Assembly: GCA_046583395.1 (NCBI GenBank)
Contig: JAYGCK010000084.1
Location: forward strand, 5,054 to 69,053
Reading direction: 5' to 3'
DNA length: 64,000 bases
Source: Deltaproteobacteria bacterium
Lineage (GTDB): Bacteria; Desulfobacterota; Binatia; UBA1149; CAYXZP01
Position 1 is the stretch's first letter. Every line of letters starts with the position of its first letter. Positions 62,042 to 64,000 of this stretch are shown here, piece by piece. The position numbers and the translations under genes were made by a program. The notes under the pieces were generated by a model. It ran no database searches. It worked only from the letters and a program-made list of their open reading frames with translations, and had not been told where the DNA came from.

Positions 62042-62644
62042 ATGAACGTGGTTGAATCGATGTCTGTGAACCCGCGCGCCCGGCGTATAGTGGAGACGGC
62101 CGTAGAACTGGCTGAACAGGGCGGCTTCGAGGCCGTGCGCCTGCGCGAGGTCGCGGCCCGTGCCGAGGTCGCCCTGGGCACCCTTTACCGGCACTTCGCC
62201 AGCAAGGAAGACCTACTCGTGGCTGCGCTCGAGAGTGAAATCGAGGAGCTGGTCGAGCAAATGAAGGCCTCGCCGATTGAAGGTGATAGCGCTCACCAGC
62301 GCGTTGTCACCTACTTCCGCACGGCCACCGCCACCTTGTGCCGCCGTCCCAAGCTTGCGCGTGCGGTCTTACGTTCGGCCGCCTCCGGCGAACCCGCACC
62401 GACCGAGAAGCTGATGGGCTTTCACGACCTGTCCACCAGGATGGCCCTTGCCGCAATTCGCGGGCGCACACTGGCTGGCGATATCGAGGCCGAAGAGGCC
62501 GCCGACCTCGACCCGGCCTTGGTCCTCCAGCAGGTGTGGTTCTCGTCACTGGTCGGCTGGATGGGTGGCTTGTTCGATGAGAACGAGGTCGTTGCCGAGG
62601 TCGAACGCGCGGCCTCGCTCTTTCTGACCCCCGGCCGGGGCTGA
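62042..62644 (+). CDS. TetR-family transcriptional regulator
   Basis: HTH region RIVETAVELAEQGGFEAVRLREVAARAEVALGTLYRHFASKEDLL. A Met at 62060 is an alternative start. It is divergent from the thioesterase gene. Confidence 0.8.
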   Translation: MNVVESMSVNPRARRIVETAVELAEQGGFEAVRLREVAARAEVALGTLYRHFASKEDLLVAALESEIEELVEQMKASPIEGDSAHQRVVTYFRTATATLCRRPKLARAVLRSAASGEPAPTEKLMGFHDLSTRMALAAIRGRTLAGDIEAEEAADLDPALVLQQVWFSSLVGWMGGLFDENEVVAEVERAASLFLTPGRG

Positions 62645-62650
62645 CCGGCG

Positions 62651-64000
62651 CTAAGAACCTTCGGCGCCAACTGGCACATACGCGGCTGAGTCATCGTCGC
62701 GCACGAACAGCGGGTCATCCACAAGCGCGCTGTCATAGCCCTGGCGCACCAACTCAATCTTGCGAAGCTTGAAGGTCGTGGTCATGTCGGGCTCTTCGCT
62801 GAGCCGGATGAACATGGGCACGGCGTAATCCGGCAGCCGGGCCCTGGCGTGGCGGTAGAACGCGGCGCCGTCGAAGATGGCGGGGTCGGCGAGCACGAGC
62901 GCGGCCATCCCCGCCCTGCCCTCGTTGCCTGGAACCTTGACCCCGTAAACGTTGGCGATGAGGAGCCCCGGGAAACCGGCCAAAGCTTCGGCCACCTCTT
63001 GGGTCGAGACGTTCTCGCTCTTCCACCTGAAGGTGTCGCCAATACGATCGACGAAATAGTAATAATCGTTCTCGTCGCGCAGCAGCAGGTCGCCCGAGCG
63101 ATACCAGGCGTCACCCTGTTCGAACACGTTCCGCAATATCTTTGCTTCCGTATCCTCGTCCGAGGTGTAGCCCTCGAAACGTCCTGCCCCGGAATCGCCG
63201 AGGTCGAGGATGCGGCCGATAAACTCGCCGGCCTCCCCGGGGCCGCACTCGACCAGGTAGTTGTCCTCGGACCGCGGGTAAAGCTCGCCCTCTACGTCGT
63301 AGCGAACCAGCCGTCCGTTGTGCCGGTCGGGGAAAGGGATGCGCCCGCAAGCGCCGGGCACCCCGTCGAGGTTTATCAGGCTGGTGTTGGCCTCGGTCGA
63401 GCTCCACCCCTCGATGATGCGTTCGATACCGAAGCGTTCCTTGAAGGGAGCCCAGAGGTCCGGGGCAAGACCGGCGCCCATCATGACACGCACCGTGTGC
63501 TCGCGGTCGTTGTCCCGCGGCGGCTGGTTGAGTAAGTAACGACAAATCTCGCCTATGTACTGGCAACCGGTCACGCCGTAGCGCCGTGCGTCGTCCCAGA
63601 AGGCCGAAGCGCTGAACCGGCTCCTGAGCGCGATAGCCGCGCCCTGGGCCAGCGCAGACGATACCACCACCATTCCCGCCGCGCCGTGGTAGAGGGGCAG
63701 AACGCAGGCGATGACGTCGTCGGGGCCGTAACCGGCAATCTCCGACATTCCGTCACCCACGCCGAGAAAACGCATGTGGCTCAGACGTGCAGCCTTGGGA
63801 AGCCCGGTCGTACCCGAGGTGAACACATGGAAGAGGTCGTCACCGGCGACCAGGCCTTGGCGCCACTCGGACGGCACGCCTTCGTCACTCAGGCCGTCGA
63901 AGGCCGGCCCCCAGTTGCCCGCGTCACCGACCTCGACGGTTGTCAGGTCCTCGGTGGAAAGGCTGGCAAGCCTGGCGGTGCACTCGCTTCCGGCCAGGAG
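62651..64000 (-). CDS. AMP-dependent acyl-CoA synthetase (FATP-like very-long-chain fatty-acid-CoA ligase), C-terminal about 450 aa; N-terminus outside window
   Basis: Motifs FTSGTTGLPKA, YGxTE-like region and the C-terminal FKLRK. The frame stays open to base 64000 upstream of the track's first start codon. Confidence 0.8.
   Translation of the reverse strand, partial: LLAGSECTARLASLSTEDLTTVEVGDAGNWGPAFDGLSDEGVPSEWRQGLVAGDDLFHVFTSGTTGLPKAARLSHMRFLGVGDGMSEIAGYGPDDVIACVLPLYHGAAGMVVVSSALAQGAAIALRSRFSASAFWDDARRYGVTGCQYIGEICRYLLNQPPRDNDREHTVRVMMGAGLAPDLWAPFKERFGIERIIEGWSSTEANTSLINLDGVPGACGRIPFPDRHNGRLVRYDVEGELYPRSEDNYLVECGPGEAGEFIGRILDLGDSGAGRFEGYTSDEDTEAKILRNVFEQGDAWYRSGDLLLRDENDYYYFVDRIGDTFRWKSENVSTQEVAEALAGFPGLLIANVYGVKVPGNEGRAGMAALVLADPAIFDGAAFYRHARARLPDYAVPMFIRLSEEPDMTTTFKLRKIELVRQGYDSALVDDPLFVRDDDSAAYVPVGAEGS

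Overview
The window is a high-GC (roughly 65%, judged by eye), very compact bacterial chromosomal segment that is almost entirely conserved housekeeping genes. I see no rRNA, tRNA, CRISPR array, transposase or integrase; two G-rich homopolymer tracts are listed as repeats, and no other repeat class was found.

**Minus-strand block 299-17820.** One co-directional array runs rimP-nusA-ylxR-infB-DUF503-rbfA-truB-rpsO-pnp-M16 peptidase-dut-purB-purC-purS-purQ-purL-purF. Several junctions overlap by 4 nt or are separated by 2 nt. A partial nadB 3' end converges on this block at the window start.

**18-26 kb.** greA, a YqeY/GatB-domain gene, plsB and a ManC-like nucleotidyltransferase sit on the minus strand. 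On the plus strand are a lipase-like hydrolase, an RluA-family pseudouridine synthase and the tRNA m1A methyltransferase trmI. Between the last two, on the minus strand, is an unannotatable 129-aa zinc-ribbon protein. A DUF4149 membrane protein follows on the minus strand.

**26-34 kb.** lon, a glycosyltransferase-like hypothetical gene, queG, a NarL-type two-component pair with a GAF sensor, and nadA.

**34-43 kb.** A complete seven-gene mrpABCDEFG antiporter operon runs straight into mlaE-mlaF-mlaD. The next gene is a 202-aa acidic hypothetical protein rather than mlaC or mlaB.

**43-51.5 kb, minus strand.** A family-4 uracil-DNA glycosylase, nfeD, a stomatin-like gene, queA, tgt, yajC, secD, secF and a PmtA-like methyltransferase.

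**51.5-64 kb.** A secreted zinc phospholipase-C-like protein, coaBC, a UPF0104 membrane protein, a ferredoxin, a polyprenyl synthase, a CaCA exchanger, an F420/luciferase-like oxidoreductase, an ExeA-like AAA ATPase fused to a SPOR domain, holA, a hotdog thioesterase, a TetR regulator and a partial FATP-like acyl-CoA synthetase.

Many long ORFs in the track are antisense or out-of-frame artefacts of high GC. I corrected several N-terminal extensions against homology. I found no obvious novel multi-gene system. The best candidates for follow-up are the small zinc-ribbon protein, the hypothetical gene after mlaD, the ExeA-SPOR protein and the M16 peptidase start anomaly.
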